Shown here in pieces: positions 1 through 10,696 of a stretch of DNA of 64,000 nucleotides. Below the pieces are notes generated by a model, which saw nothing but the letters and a program-made list of their open reading frames with translations, did not search any database and was not told where the DNA came from. Location: positions 576,001 to 640,000 of the forward strand of contig CAVRJM010000001.1 of the NCBI GenBank assembly GCA_963722075.1, written 5' to 3'. Source of the stretch: Candidatus Babeliales bacterium. Lineage in GTDB: Bacteria; Babelota; Babeliae; Babelales; JANWKD01. The position numbers and the translations under genes are program-made. The first letter of the stretch is position 1. Each line of letters begins with the position of its first letter.

Positions 1-132
1 AGGTCGAGGAAGTAATTGAACTTCTCCTGCGCTTTCTAAAATCTCTTTTATCAAAAGAGTTTTATCAACATAATAATAATCACCACTTATTAGTTTTTTA
101 AAATCACTAATACCGATAGGCAAATTCTTCAT
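1..132 (-). CDS. AAA-ATPase-like protein, N-terminus (family usually fused to a PD-(D/E)XK nuclease); runs off window start
   Basis: Manual translation from ATG at 132: MKNLPIGISDFKKLISGDYYYVDKTLLIKEILESAGEVQLLPRP, matching the LPIGIxxF...YYVDKT...RPRRFGK signature. Not in the ORF track. Confidence 0.85.
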   Translation of the reverse strand, partial: MKNLPIGISDFKKLISGDYYYVDKTLLIKEILESAGEVQLLPRP

Positions 133-242
133 AACGTTTTGTTTCTTTTTTGAGTTTTACTAGCCTCTAATTAGTATACCATATTTAATAAATTTATTCT
201 TAAGCAAATCACTGAAAAAATTCCTAAAAAATATATAATTAA

Positions 243-275
243 AGCTAAAGGTAAGATTTTTTCTGACCTTTAGCT
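243..275. terminator. Hairpin, probable terminator of the HAD gene
   Basis: AGCTAAAGGT...ACCTTTAGCT inverted repeat just past the stop of 297..1208 (-). Confidence 0.45.
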
Positions 276-296
276 CATGATACTGGTTTTATTTTT

Positions 297-1208
297 TTAT
301 AAATTAATACCGAGCATCTGCAGATCTTTTTCAGTTTGTTCTACCGACTTAAAATGAATCCCAATAAAACCCTTTTTTACTGCCACTTTTACATTTTCAA
401 GATTATCATCAATGAAAATAAACCATCTACCATCTAAATCTTTTTCATAAAGAGTTTTTCTGAGTCCCTTAAAGTATTTTCCAGAAGGTTTTTTGGCATA
501 AAGAAATTGACCCGGGCGCGGATTTTGGCGTGCGTTGTTTGGATGATCACACGTATATATAACAACATAATGATCTTCATTAGGAACTGTTTGTGCATCC
601 ATTAAACGCTTATAGGTGTTATATCCTTGATTAGTTCCAATCGCTATCGGGTAACCTTGTCTATGTACCTTTAGCAATAAATCTATAGATCCTTGTCGTG
701 CATCGCCATAACTACAATCGTGTTTCAATCGTTCGGCAAATGAGATTCTTGATTTTGTATTTTTTTGTAAAATAGGATTTTTTTCTACAAGTTTATCAAC
801 AGCCGGATCGAGGTCGAAAGCGCATACTTCTTTATCAAATGCAGCGGTAAATTCATTAACCGCTCTTATATGTTCTACCGGGAAGTTAATTTTATCGGAA
901 TCAATATTAAAAATGTTGTGTAATTCAGCTACCAGTTCAATTGGATCATGTGAGTCAAAAATATAACAAAGAATGGTGAGAGGAATATCCCATCTTCTAT
1001 CTAATAAAACCTGATCAGCATCAAAAATTAAAACTGGCTTTTTATCAGATTTATTAAAATCGAATTCCAAAGGCACATAAATGGTAGGATCACCCGGACA
1101 TTTATAGCCACTGGTGTGTATTTCATCTTGTTGCATTGAATTTAATTGGTTCACTAAACAAACAAAAGATACCAGTAAGATAAGGGGTCTAAGAATTCTA
1201 TTTGCCAT
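297..1208 (-). CDS. HAD-superfamily hydrolase with N-terminal signal peptide
   Basis: IFDADQVL (motif I), IGTN (II), KP (III), FIDDNLENV (IV); hydrophobic N-terminus. Confidence 0.8.
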   Translation of the reverse strand: MANRILRPLILLVSFVCLVNQLNSMQQDEIHTSGYKCPGDPTIYVPLEFDFNKSDKKPVLIFDADQVLLDRRWDIPLTILCYIFDSHDPIELVAELHNIFNIDSDKINFPVEHIRAVNEFTAAFDKEVCAFDLDPAVDKLVEKNPILQKNTKSRISFAERLKHDCSYGDARQGSIDLLLKVHRQGYPIAIGTNQGYNTYKRLMDAQTVPNEDHYVVIYTCDHPNNARQNPRPGQFLYAKKPSGKYFKGLRKTLYEKDLDGRWFIFIDDNLENVKVAVKKGFIGIHFKSVEQTEKDLQMLGINL

Positions 1209-1509
1209 CGAATATACTTCCTTTTTTATGAATTAAATGAATAATTTTTATCACAAATTCCTATTTTTGCGTAAATTAAGGGCTGTTAAAAAACCTTTCA
1301 GCTTTTCTTGATAATAATTTTACCATACATAAGAGCAATTTTATTTCCATCCTCAGTATATTGAAAACCATCTGAAACAAAAAAATCAATATTGGCTCCT
1401 AAAATTGAATCCTGAACAACCTAATGATGAATCTCATATCATTACATTTATTGCTTATTGGTGAATTTTACGGGTAGAATTACCTCATAACTAATCATGG
1501 AGCTTCCTG

Positions 1510-2142
1510 ATGAACATACATATGTGCCGTTACTTGTTACTTATCACCATATGGGCTATTGGTATCTCAGTCTGCACAGAATTATCTGGTATAAGCATTG
1601 CAACCAATGGGCCATATGAATCGCTCATAACTATTCATGAAGCATCATCTAACGATTTAGAATCAATTCTTGCCCTTGATGCTTCAATATCATATGAATA
1701 TTTTAAGCCATTATTTTTGCTCTATCCGGAATATGAGGGCAAAGAGCATGAGGTTGAAAAATTGCTTGCCGCTGAGCTAGAAACTGATGCTACATGGTTT
1801 GCAGATTGTATTGCAATGAAAGATGATCAACGCTTATTCATGGCACGTCATGATAACTGTGTTGGCTTTGTAGCTTGTCATAAACAGGATGGTACTATCG
1901 TAGTTATTGATCTATTGATGATTGATGCCGCATACCGCGCTAAAGGAATTGGCAAACAGCTGATCAAAACATGCATCAATGCATTTCCTGAAGCATCTAC
2001 TTGTATGTTAGTAGTGCTTGATAAAAACTTACAAGCGTGTGCTGCTTACGAAAAAATTGGTTTTGTTTTAATTACCGAAAAGCCTGCATTTATGCAAGAA
2101 AAATATCCTAATCCACGATATCTTTGCTATAGATTGCCATGA
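1510..2142 (+). CDS. GNAT N-acetyltransferase with signal-peptide-like N-terminus
   Basis: YRAKGIGKQL acetyl-CoA motif; NxxAxxxYEKIGF. Confidence 0.85.
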   Translation: MNIHMCRYLLLITIWAIGISVCTELSGISIATNGPYESLITIHEASSNDLESILALDASISYEYFKPLFLLYPEYEGKEHEVEKLLAAELETDATWFADCIAMKDDQRLFMARHDNCVGFVACHKQDGTIVVIDLLMIDAAYRAKGIGKQLIKTCINAFPEASTCMLVVLDKNLQACAAYEKIGFVLITEKPAFMQEKYPNPRYLCYRLP

Positions 2143-2144
2143 AT

Positions 2145-2945
2145 TCAGTTGTTATGATTTTGAATACGGTCACATAAATCCACTACCAACCTTTTTTCAA
2201 TCTCATGATCTGGCAGCTGCTTCATAAGCTCTAAACATTCTTTTTGAAAATTAAGATCTTGAGAATGCTGCACTAAAAGCCACGCATTTTGGCACGCTTC
2301 TTTTCCAAACTTTGATACAGTAGGCCAACCATAACAAATAACAATTTCTTTAAGTCTGTTTGTAGTATGAGCATCAAGCTCAGGAATTCCATTACCTGGC
2401 CACCACCAGGAGCAATTTGTTTCATTGACACCATCTAATATTCTTTTGCGAAGCTCTTGATCTGCTTCTGCCATTTGCTTAAGCATCATTTTCACTTCAT
2501 CTTCAGTAAATGGCTGGTTGTGGTGGGTTCGTATACGGTCATATAAATATACTATCCACCTTTTTTCAATCTCATTACTTGGCAGATGCTTCATAAGCGC
2601 TAAACATTCTTTTTGAAAATTAAGATCTTGAGAATGCTGCACTAAAAGCCACGCATTCATGCATGCTTCTTGGCCAAATTTCGATAAAGTAGGCCAACCA
2701 TGAAGTGTAACAATTTCTTTAAGTTTGTTTGTATTATCAGTATCAAGCTTAGGAAGCCCATATTCATGCAGCACCTCGTCAAGGGAACGTTTTGTTTCAT
2801 GAACATCATCCAATATTCTTTTACGGAGCTCTTGATCTGCTTCTGCCATTTGTTTAAGCATTACTTTCACTTCATTTTCAGTAAATGGTTTGCTGCTTTG
2901 AATTACTAGAAAAAAAGCAATCGATAGTAAAAAAATCTTTTTCAT
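2145..2945 (-). CDS. Secreted protein with two tandem DUF6624-like domains
   Basis: Twice DQELR...LKEIV..GWPT.SKFG.EA..NAWLLVQH; signal peptide. Confidence 0.75.
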   Translation of the reverse strand: MKKIFLLSIAFFLVIQSSKPFTENEVKVMLKQMAEADQELRKRILDDVHETKRSLDEVLHEYGLPKLDTDNTNKLKEIVTLHGWPTLSKFGQEACMNAWLLVQHSQDLNFQKECLALMKHLPSNEIEKRWIVYLYDRIRTHHNQPFTEDEVKMMLKQMAEADQELRKRILDGVNETNCSWWWPGNGIPELDAHTTNRLKEIVICYGWPTVSKFGKEACQNAWLLVQHSQDLNFQKECLELMKQLPDHEIEKRLVVDLCDRIQNHNN

Positions 2946-2960
2946 ACATTTCCCTTATAT

Positions 2961-3698
2961 TCAAATAAACACCGGAATAAAAACATATAGTAAAAAATCA
3001 GAGGTAAGGTGCGCAAGCATGGCTGTTTCAAAGCCTTTTTTCCAAAATAATAATCCAAACAAAATTCCACTGATACCATTTAAGATCACTATTCTCAAAA
3101 TAAGAAGAGGTGTTGCAGGTGTAATTTCATGAACAAATGTTGCAATATGACCAAGCCCAAAAAGTAACGCGGTAAATAAAATACTCACCCACATAACCGT
3201 AGATAAATTGAGAGTCTTAAAGAATTTTTTTAGCAGTATGACAATTCCTGATAGCAGAAAAAGCCGCATATAAACTTCTTCATTAAATGCTGCGGGTATT
3301 AAGCCAAGTAAACCATACAATGGATTCATATGAGTTGCAAGGTAATATAGATTTAAATGAGCGGCAGGCAGCAATCTATCTGCTATAAGCATTAAAACAG
3401 TACATATTATTCCTACAATTATTCCAGGCTTCAATAGATCTTGTTTTAAATTTGCATTCTTATCCAATAATAACAGGTGAATACCTATTTTTTGTGAAAA
3501 TTTCAGACCAAGAAATGTTAATATTCCATAAACGAGACCTTCTAGAGCAGCAACACATAATAATAAAAAAGTTGTTTGTTCAAGAGGCTTCCCATTAATT
3601 AAAATTGATACAGTTTGGCTAAAAGGTATTATTGCAAATGAACCTATGAAGCAGCCTGTCCATATTAGAAAAAAATATCTTTTTAAAGTTAAAAACAT
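2961..3698 (-). CDS. CPBP/CAAX (Abi) family intramembrane metalloprotease
   Basis: EEVYMR, FGLGH and AHLTSD motifs; multiple TM helices. Confidence 0.85.
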   Translation of the reverse strand: MFLTLKRYFFLIWTGCFIGSFAIIPFSQTVSILINGKPLEQTTFLLLCVAALEGLVYGILTFLGLKFSQKIGIHLLLLDKNANLKQDLLKPGIIVGIICTVLMLIADRLLPAAHLNLYYLATHMNPLYGLLGLIPAAFNEEVYMRLFLLSGIVILLKKFFKTLNLSTVMWVSILFTALLFGLGHIATFVHEITPATPLLILRIVILNGISGILFGLLFWKKGFETAMLAHLTSDFLLYVFIPVFI

Positions 3699-3710
3699 AA
3701 AGCCTTCTTT

Positions 3711-5150
3711 TTACAAAATTATTTTTTGTATCACTTCTTCAAGAACACTGTCATTATATATATCATCTATATGGTACAGGGGGATATATACTTCATTTGG
3801 CTTCCTAATCCTATTACGGAACACTTTAATTGGAAAATGTAGCGTTACCAATGAACTTGATAATTTTACATCACGACATTCCATGTAATTAGTATCAGCA
3901 TTTGTTGCAAGACCAATGTGTATTACTGAATCAAGAGTAAATAGTTCATCAAGAAAATTTAAACATGCACTTGCACAATAATTATCAGTAATAGCGATTA
4001 TGCGCGCATGAAGGGGCTTTCTTATATGGTGCAATTCTTCAGTTCCTTTTGAACTATTCATTGCTTTATAAAATAGATTTCCCATTAACTGACTTTTTTG
4101 CATTCCAGAAATAGTATCCGAAAAAACAGATACTATTTCACTTTGCCCAAATTGTTTTTCCAATTTTATGAGTAATTTTTTCAAATAATCTATATTTCCC
4201 TGACTTGCACGCCATTCAACATATTTTTTATCATGAAGCTTTTTTAAAGTAGTGTTATAATATTCTTCACCATACAAATTTTTAAGCATCATTGAACCAT
4301 AATATGAATTGCCGCCGCCATTTCCACGCACATCAAAAATAACAAGATCATAACTTGCATAATGAGATATTGAGCTTATGAGATTATTAAGACAATCCTC
4401 CTCTTTTGGTGTTTGCGGATAAAAAGAAGGAATGCTAATCCATACTTGATTAATTCCAAGCTCTTTTATAGATGCTTTTTGTTGAGGATTTTTAGGAAGC
4501 TTTGAAAAATAATCAGCGATACTAATTTTTTGCCATGCTGGACCGGCTTCTTGTGATCCACTATTGGTTTTAAAGATATATTTTTTTGGCCTAGCAACAA
4601 AAACAGTGCCTTCCCACAGCGATAAATAAGGAGCCATTACAAATATTGAGGCTTCAATATTCCGAGCATCAATAAAAGACAACACATTTTTTTTCAACCA
4701 AGCAATTGGGGATTCATCATCGCATGAGATTAACTCAGCTCCTAATGGAATATCTTTTTTATCGCTATGAACTACTATGAATTTTCCTTTTTGATAACCA
4801 ATACAAAAACCTGGCCATTCTGCCGGCAATAAAGATTTATCAAACTGTATTCTAAGATGACCATCCTTAAATCCATTAACAAACAATCTCAAACCATAAA
4901 TATAATCTGCAAAAGACGATATGCCATCAAGTTTATTCAAGGCTTGTTGATAACCATCATTAAGCCATTCTTTAAACTTTGGATTTTGATCATCATAAAA
5001 TCCAGGATGATTTTCTTGTAAGGTATCATAGATGATCTTTAGATCTTTCTGGAAGATACTTTTCCAAGAACTACTTTTTTGTGCACGTATAGCTAATAGA
5101 CAAAAACTTAATATAATTGATGAGATAAGTATTTTCTTTAAATATTTCAT
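3711..5150 (-). CDS. S41-family (tail-specific protease-like) peptidase, secreted
   Basis: DGHL, DVRGNGGG, ASAC motifs; start taken at MKYLKK. Confidence 0.75.
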   Translation of the reverse strand: MKYLKKILISSIILSFCLLAIRAQKSSSWKSIFQKDLKIIYDTLQENHPGFYDDQNPKFKEWLNDGYQQALNKLDGISSFADYIYGLRLFVNGFKDGHLRIQFDKSLLPAEWPGFCIGYQKGKFIVVHSDKKDIPLGAELISCDDESPIAWLKKNVLSFIDARNIEASIFVMAPYLSLWEGTVFVARPKKYIFKTNSGSQEAGPAWQKISIADYFSKLPKNPQQKASIKELGINQVWISIPSFYPQTPKEEDCLNNLISSISHYASYDLVIFDVRGNGGGNSYYGSMMLKNLYGEEYYNTTLKKLHDKKYVEWRASQGNIDYLKKLLIKLEKQFGQSEIVSVFSDTISGMQKSQLMGNLFYKAMNSSKGTEELHHIRKPLHARIIAITDNYCASACLNFLDELFTLDSVIHIGLATNADTNYMECRDVKLSSSLVTLHFPIKVFRNRIRKPNEVYIPLYHIDDIYNDSVLEEVIQKIIL

Positions 5151-5246
5151 AAAATCCTCCATAAGTATCATTATACCAATTTTGCAAAAAAATACAATCT
5201 GAAAATCTCTTAATTTTCTATCAATCTGATTCCTCTATTGGATTGA

Positions 5247-5918
5247 TTAATGTCCGTTTAGGCTTAATTTAAATCCACACCATTTATGTTCGGGCAATTC
5301 AGGATGGACATCCTTCATCAAAGCATCTTGAAAATTAAGCTTATGATAAAAGCTGATAGCCGACTCATTAATCTTGCGCGCACAGACCATAACCACTGCA
5401 GGCTGATTTTGCGCAATTATTTTAATCATATCTAGAACAAGTGCTTTTCCAAGCCCCTGTTTTCTATATGCACGATCTATAGCAAGCTGCCGAATATAGA
5501 TTGTTCTATTCTCAGAAGTTTCAGTATTATCATAAGAAACAAATCCTATAATCTTATTGCTCTCAACATCTCTTGCAACAACAAATAGTGCCTCTTTTTT
5601 CTTATTTATAAAATCATTTTCTTCACTCTCAAAAGCCACTTCTATGAGCGGTCTCAGTTCAGATTTATTTTCAAGATACAATTGCTCAGGAGAATATTCT
5701 TCATAAACTTCAAGAAAAGTTTTTATAAAGAGTTCCTTTGCACGCATCAAAATATCTCTATCCTCTAAATCTTCCGGTTCAAGCTTGATAACATCAACCA
5801 TGCTATTATTTTTAAGAGTAACGGTAAGTAATTTCTGCTTTGCGCCAAGAGCAGGCCAGAATAATGTTTCTGTAGTAAATAAGAACAACAACAACAATAA
5901 TAATGAAATATTTTTCAT
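5247..5918 (-). CDS. GNAT N-acetyltransferase with signal peptide
   Basis: YRKQGLGKAL; NESAISFYHKLNF. Confidence 0.85.
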   Translation of the reverse strand: MKNISLLLLLLFLFTTETLFWPALGAKQKLLTVTLKNNSMVDVIKLEPEDLEDRDILMRAKELFIKTFLEVYEEYSPEQLYLENKSELRPLIEVAFESEENDFINKKKEALFVVARDVESNKIIGFVSYDNTETSENRTIYIRQLAIDRAYRKQGLGKALVLDMIKIIAQNQPAVVMVCARKINESAISFYHKLNFQDALMKDVHPELPEHKWCGFKLSLNGH

Positions 5919-6036
5919 AAAAACCCTCAATGTATAAATACAAATTTTTATTCAATCGTTGGCATTCCGCTCGCACAATTGCTATATCTTTAACCTAAAT
6001 AGTACTTTTGTCTACGAAGTAAAAAGGTTTTAACCT

Positions 6037-6915
6037 ATGAAAAACTTTAAAACAAATCTCTGCGCCCTATCAATCATTCTTTTAAGTTATTTAGGACAAG
6101 CATTAATTGCTATTGAAAAAGATGCTCATAATAAATCATCTAATGATTTAGAATTACAATGTCATAAATCTAAAAAACTGTTCCTGATTCCCGAAGTATA
6201 TAAACAACTTATTGCAAAACTACCTAATCAACCTATCTTGCAAGGTTTTTTAGAAGATAAGCATCTGTATGAAATCTTATTGATCGAAGATAGTTCTTCA
6301 CCTTATATTGTGATTAAATCTAAAGCAGCACATATTTACTTAGCGGGAATTCCCACTGAAGACCAATTACAAGTAATTTTAAAAAAAATATCAAATTATA
6401 AAACCATATTGTTAATCTGCGAAGAACACATTCAATCTTTCTTTCTCAAAAACGGCTTTACTCTTCAACCTCGCATTGAACTGGAATGGTTTCCTTGTGA
6501 CAAAAATAATGAGAATCCGTATCCCAATGGCTATGCAATTAAGCCTATTAAGGACTTAAATCTCTTTAGCCAATGTAACTGGTTTGAATTTATATCTTCT
6601 CTTTATGGCAATGCAGATCAGTTTTTAAAGTATGGATTTGGATATGCTTTAGTTGATGAAGACAATAAACCTATTGCTGAAGCATATGCTGCTTGTGTTG
6701 GACACGATTTATGTGAAATAGGAATTGTTACACATCCAGATCATAGAGGAAAAGGCTACTCAACAAATGTAGTATATTGCCTTATTGATGAATGCATACG
6801 ACGCAACTTAACACCTATATGGAGTTGTAATTGGGATAATATCGCATCATTAAAAGTTGCATTTAAAACAGGTTTCAAAATTAAACGATATTATTCTAGA
6901 TTAATAAAAAGTTAG
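6037..6915 (+). CDS. GNAT family acetyltransferase with signal peptide
   Basis: EIGIVTHPDHRGKGY...WSC..DNIASLKVAFKTGF. Confidence 0.85.
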   Translation: MKNFKTNLCALSIILLSYLGQALIAIEKDAHNKSSNDLELQCHKSKKLFLIPEVYKQLIAKLPNQPILQGFLEDKHLYEILLIEDSSSPYIVIKSKAAHIYLAGIPTEDQLQVILKKISNYKTILLICEEHIQSFFLKNGFTLQPRIELEWFPCDKNNENPYPNGYAIKPIKDLNLFSQCNWFEFISSLYGNADQFLKYGFGYALVDEDNKPIAEAYAACVGHDLCEIGIVTHPDHRGKGYSTNVVYCLIDECIRRNLTPIWSCNWDNIASLKVAFKTGFKIKRYYSRLIKS

Positions 6916-7451
6916 ACAATAAAAACTTCTAATGATTGTTTCAGTTGTTTAATAAAATCCAATACCTGATTTAAATTATCAGTTGTATCTAAATGTTCTT
7001 GAGCCCACTGCATAATAGGCTTCACTGATCTAATCCCTGTACCAAATTTTTCTTCCATCCACTCATAGCGCGGAAATACCCATAGATGAAAATGCTTTGA
7101 ATCTTCTTCCTGAATCAAATAAACGGTATCAATATTCAAAATTTCCCGCATATGACGTCTGATTTTATAAACAAAATCTATAAAATCATGTCTTTCTTCC
7201 TGCGTAAAGTCATCGATACTTTGTACATGCCTTTTTGATGAAATAACCATAAATCCCGGAATCAATAAATAACAATCTTGCCGTACCTCAAAATACTGCG
7301 TAGAAGCGATTAATTCTCCAAAGCCTTTAAATTCACCTGATTGCAAAGCGCAACCGACACAATAATTTGGTTTAATTAGTTTTACCTCTGAACAGCTAAC
7401 GTGCCCAAAAATAACACTCAATAAACTCAAAATCATAACCAATATTTTCAT
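6912..7451 (-). CDS. HIT-family hydrolase with signal-peptide-like N-terminus
   Basis: PGFMVISSKRHV and HFHLWVFPR (HxHxW variant of the histidine triad). Confidence 0.8.
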   Translation of the reverse strand: MKILVMILSLLSVIFGHVSCSEVKLIKPNYCVGCALQSGEFKGFGELIASTQYFEVRQDCYLLIPGFMVISSKRHVQSIDDFTQEERHDFIDFVYKIRRHMREILNIDTVYLIQEEDSKHFHLWVFPRYEWMEEKFGTGIRSVKPIMQWAQEHLDTTDNLNQVLDFIKQLKQSLEVFIV

Positions 7452-7596
7452 CTTTTAACTTTCTAAATAATAAGCGGCGATGTAGCATCTGGCATCTGCT
7501 TATTATTTTAGATCATTTCAATTGACTACACCATTGATAATTTTGCAATCACAATAATTTTTTCTTGCAAAAAATTTTACGGGAGCATCTCGTTAT

Positions 7597-9117
7597 TTAA
7601 TTCATGAGTACCGGGTAATCATCAACATTAAAATCCGGTGTTTGCCAATCTCTAATCTGCTCTAGATGGAGCGTACTATCGCCAACGAAGAAATCTGCAG
7701 CAATACCTTTTGCTAATCGCATAGCTCCTACGCTAACTCCCGGAATATCACCACTCACCAGGCCATGGCTTAATGAAGCACCATAGTTAAAGCAATAGAT
7801 ATTTTTTAAAAAAGGAGCACTACCCGGTTGCATTTCCATAAACTGAAAATGAGATCCTAAATAAGGAAAAAGTCCTAGCATCGGCACTTCTCGTAAAAAC
7901 TCATCAGCAACACGATCTTTCCACAGTAAAATAGTATGCCTAATGGCATCAAGCTCGGCACGCTCGAAAAGATTAATTCTATAACCGGTCGCAACGATAA
8001 TAAAATCTACACGCAATGACTTTAGATTCGTTTGGAGGATAAGCGCGTCTCCATCTTCAACAACCTGCTGCACCTGACTATTATAATGGAAGTGAAGATT
8101 GTTAAAGTCTTTTACCCGCTTAACGGCAAATATGCTCGGTGCAACACCACCGGCCTTAAAAGCTTGTGCAAAAAAAGAACACTTCATTTCATCTGAAAGG
8201 AGATAAAATCCATTCTCTAAGCCTGGGTACGCAAATTGACCAAACTTATTAATGGCTGAGATAGCTGAACGGCGAACAATCATTTCAACCGTTTGCGCAC
8301 CGTTTTCCAAGGCGGCTGCTGCTGCATCAAACGCTGAAGAAGCAGCGCCTATAATTGCAATACGCTTATTTTTAAAAAATTGTGGATCAATTATTTCTGC
8401 CGTGTGCGCATACAATCGTTTTGGCACTTCGTTCAAATAGGGCGGAATCTCATACCCTCCTGATCCTTCCCTACCCGTTGCTAAAACAACTTTTCGTGCA
8501 TACACAATAATTGTACGGCCACCATGATTGAACGTTAATTCTAATAAGTTTTCATACGGTTGTAGGTTTATAAGCTTCATATCGTTTTCAATAGGTAACT
8601 TAAGAACCTTACGAAACCAGCAAAGATAATTGTGCCAAAGCCTCGTAGGACTTGTCCAAAGATTTTGGAGGCGTTCTTTTCCATAGCATGCTTCATACCA
8701 ACTTGAAAATGTTAAGCTGGGAATTCCTAGAGCTGGCCCCAAAAATCTTTTTCCCGATCTCAAAACATCCATCCGCGCATATTTGATCCAAGGGCCTTCT
8801 TGATTTTCAGGATTTTCGTCAAAGATTTTGATGTTTGAAACGCCTTCCTTTATTAATGCAAAACAAGCAGCAATTCCCGCCATGCCTCCGCCAATGATCG
8901 CGACATCTAAAACACCCACATCACTATCTGAATGTATAATCCATGAAAAAGTCGGCACGTTAAGTCGCACAAGATCATTTTCAATCTGAGCTTCAAGTGC
9001 GTTAAGTTGTTTCTCATCAATAGCAGCATAAATACCATCCGGTTGAGCAGCTTCTAGATTCATTGCCGGTAAAGTTGATAAAAAAATAGTTACAACCACT
9101 CTTTTTAAAATATGCAT
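7597..9117 (-). CDS. FAD/NAD(P)-dependent oxidoreductase (flavin monooxygenase, HpyO-like)
   Basis: DVAIIGGGMAG Rossmann motif, VVLATG, second IIGAASSAFD motif, ATGY. Confidence 0.8.
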   Translation of the reverse strand: MHILKRVVVTIFLSTLPAMNLEAAQPDGIYAAIDEKQLNALEAQIENDLVRLNVPTFSWIIHSDSDVGVLDVAIIGGGMAGIAACFALIKEGVSNIKIFDENPENQEGPWIKYARMDVLRSGKRFLGPALGIPSLTFSSWYEACYGKERLQNLWTSPTRLWHNYLCWFRKVLKLPIENDMKLINLQPYENLLELTFNHGGRTIIVYARKVVLATGREGSGGYEIPPYLNEVPKRLYAHTAEIIDPQFFKNKRIAIIGAASSAFDAAAAALENGAQTVEMIVRRSAISAINKFGQFAYPGLENGFYLLSDEMKCSFFAQAFKAGGVAPSIFAVKRVKDFNNLHFHYNSQVQQVVEDGDALILQTNLKSLRVDFIIVATGYRINLFERAELDAIRHTILLWKDRVADEFLREVPMLGLFPYLGSHFQFMEMQPGSAPFLKNIYCFNYGASLSHGLVSGDIPGVSVGAMRLAKGIAADFFVGDSTLHLEQIRDWQTPDFNVDDYPVLMN

Positions 9118-9165
9118 TTCTTCATTCTCTTTTTTGTAGTAATTAAGTAGAAACTATTTTAATTT

Positions 9166-10521
9166 TTAATCTAAATCAAAAGATTCTAAATATTTTGGGA
9201 TCACCACATGCCAACCAAATCGTTCTTCTATTTTCTTTTTTAATGACTCAGCAGATGCTAGTTCACCATGCGTAAGAAATACTTTTCTAGGAGGCTTTTC
9301 AAAATAGCCGAGCCATTGGATAATTTCTTTATAATCAGCGTGCGCTGAAAGTGATGTTATCATTTTTATTTCCGCACGAACGGGATATGACATGCCATAT
9401 ATTCTTAATTCTTTTGAACCATCAACTAAGAACCGGCCCTGAGTTCCCTTTACTTGATAACCCACAAAAGCAACCGTATTTTTAGCATCAGAAATAAAAT
9501 GTTGTAAATGAAACAGTACTCGTCCCCCGTTTGCCATGCCACTACCGGCAATAATTATTGCAGGATGCGTAAGCTGATCAAGATGCTTGGATTCTTCCAC
9601 GGTGTGTACGTATGTAGCAATACTAAATATTTCTTTACATGCTGATGGTGCCAACTTAAGGTCTTCTTTAAACTTACAATACAAATCAGTAACCCCTATA
9701 CCCATTGGGCTATCTAAAAAAATAGGAATATCTGGAATAGTTTTCTTGTGTTTTAATTGATAAAGACAATAAAGAATCGTTTGTGTGCGCTCTACAACAA
9801 AAGAAGGTATTATAAGAACTCCTCCTTTTTTTACCGTTTCATTCACCACTAGGCCCAGGGCTTTTATAGGATCCCCTTTTTCATGAAGCCTATCACCATA
9901 AGTGGATTCAAGAACTAAAAAGTCAGTTTCTTTTAAATGCGGTGGCGGTTTCTGTATAAATTGTTCAGGACGCCCAAGATCTCCAGAAAAGGTTAATTTT
10001 TGCTTACCATCCGATACAATAACAAAAGAAGAGCCAAGAATGTGGCCTGATCTTATTAGCGTAATCTGTAAAGTTTTGATGCTAAAAGCAGTATCATAAT
10101 CAACTGTGTGAAAAAATTTTAATGAATTCTCAGCATCTAGTTTTGTGTATAAGGGTGTTGCTCCAGGATGCTGTGGACCGTATCTCTTAGTAATATGCTC
10201 TGCTTCTTCTTCCTGTAACGATCCACAATCAAGTAATAAAAGAGCGGCCAACGCACCGGTAGCTTTTGAAGAATATATTTTCCCCTTAAAACCATTTTTA
10301 ATTAATGCCGGTATATAACCGGTATGATCTATATGAGCGTGCGTTAATACAATAGCATCAATGCTCTCCGCTGCTATGCCAAATGGATCCCAATTACGCT
10401 GAGCAAACTCCTTTTCTCCTTGAAAAAGCCCGCAATCAACTAACAATTTTACATCGTTATCTTCGACAAGATACCTTGACCCGGTTACTTCTTGTACGGC
10501 ACCCAGAAAAGTTATTTTCAT
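9166..10521 (-). CDS. MBL-fold beta-CASP ribonuclease (TTHA0252/Ysh1-like)
   Basis: GAVQEVTGS, DCG, THAHIDH, GHILGS, ESTYG, SAHAD, THGE. Confidence 0.9.
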   Translation of the reverse strand: MKITFLGAVQEVTGSRYLVEDNDVKLLVDCGLFQGEKEFAQRNWDPFGIAAESIDAIVLTHAHIDHTGYIPALIKNGFKGKIYSSKATGALAALLLLDCGSLQEEEAEHITKRYGPQHPGATPLYTKLDAENSLKFFHTVDYDTAFSIKTLQITLIRSGHILGSSFVIVSDGKQKLTFSGDLGRPEQFIQKPPPHLKETDFLVLESTYGDRLHEKGDPIKALGLVVNETVKKGGVLIIPSFVVERTQTILYCLYQLKHKKTIPDIPIFLDSPMGIGVTDLYCKFKEDLKLAPSACKEIFSIATYVHTVEESKHLDQLTHPAIIIAGSGMANGGRVLFHLQHFISDAKNTVAFVGYQVKGTQGRFLVDGSKELRIYGMSYPVRAEIKMITSLSAHADYKEIIQWLGYFEKPPRKVFLTHGELASAESLKKKIEERFGWHVVIPKYLESFDLD

Positions 10522-10696
10522 GCTTCATTACTCTTTTATACCATCTGTAACAGATGGGTTACTAAAAAATTTTAACTTATAAAATGCTATAATTTAAAAT
10601 GCTCTCATTACGTTATTGTTCATGCATAATATGTAGCATAATGTACTCAGTACTAACAATATATTTCTTGTCAGCTAAGCGGTCTTACAAATTACT

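Noticed and set aside
10615..10660. dif-like site (GCATAAT repeats)
   Set aside because: No XerD arm (TTATGTTAAAT) at the proper 6-bp spacing.
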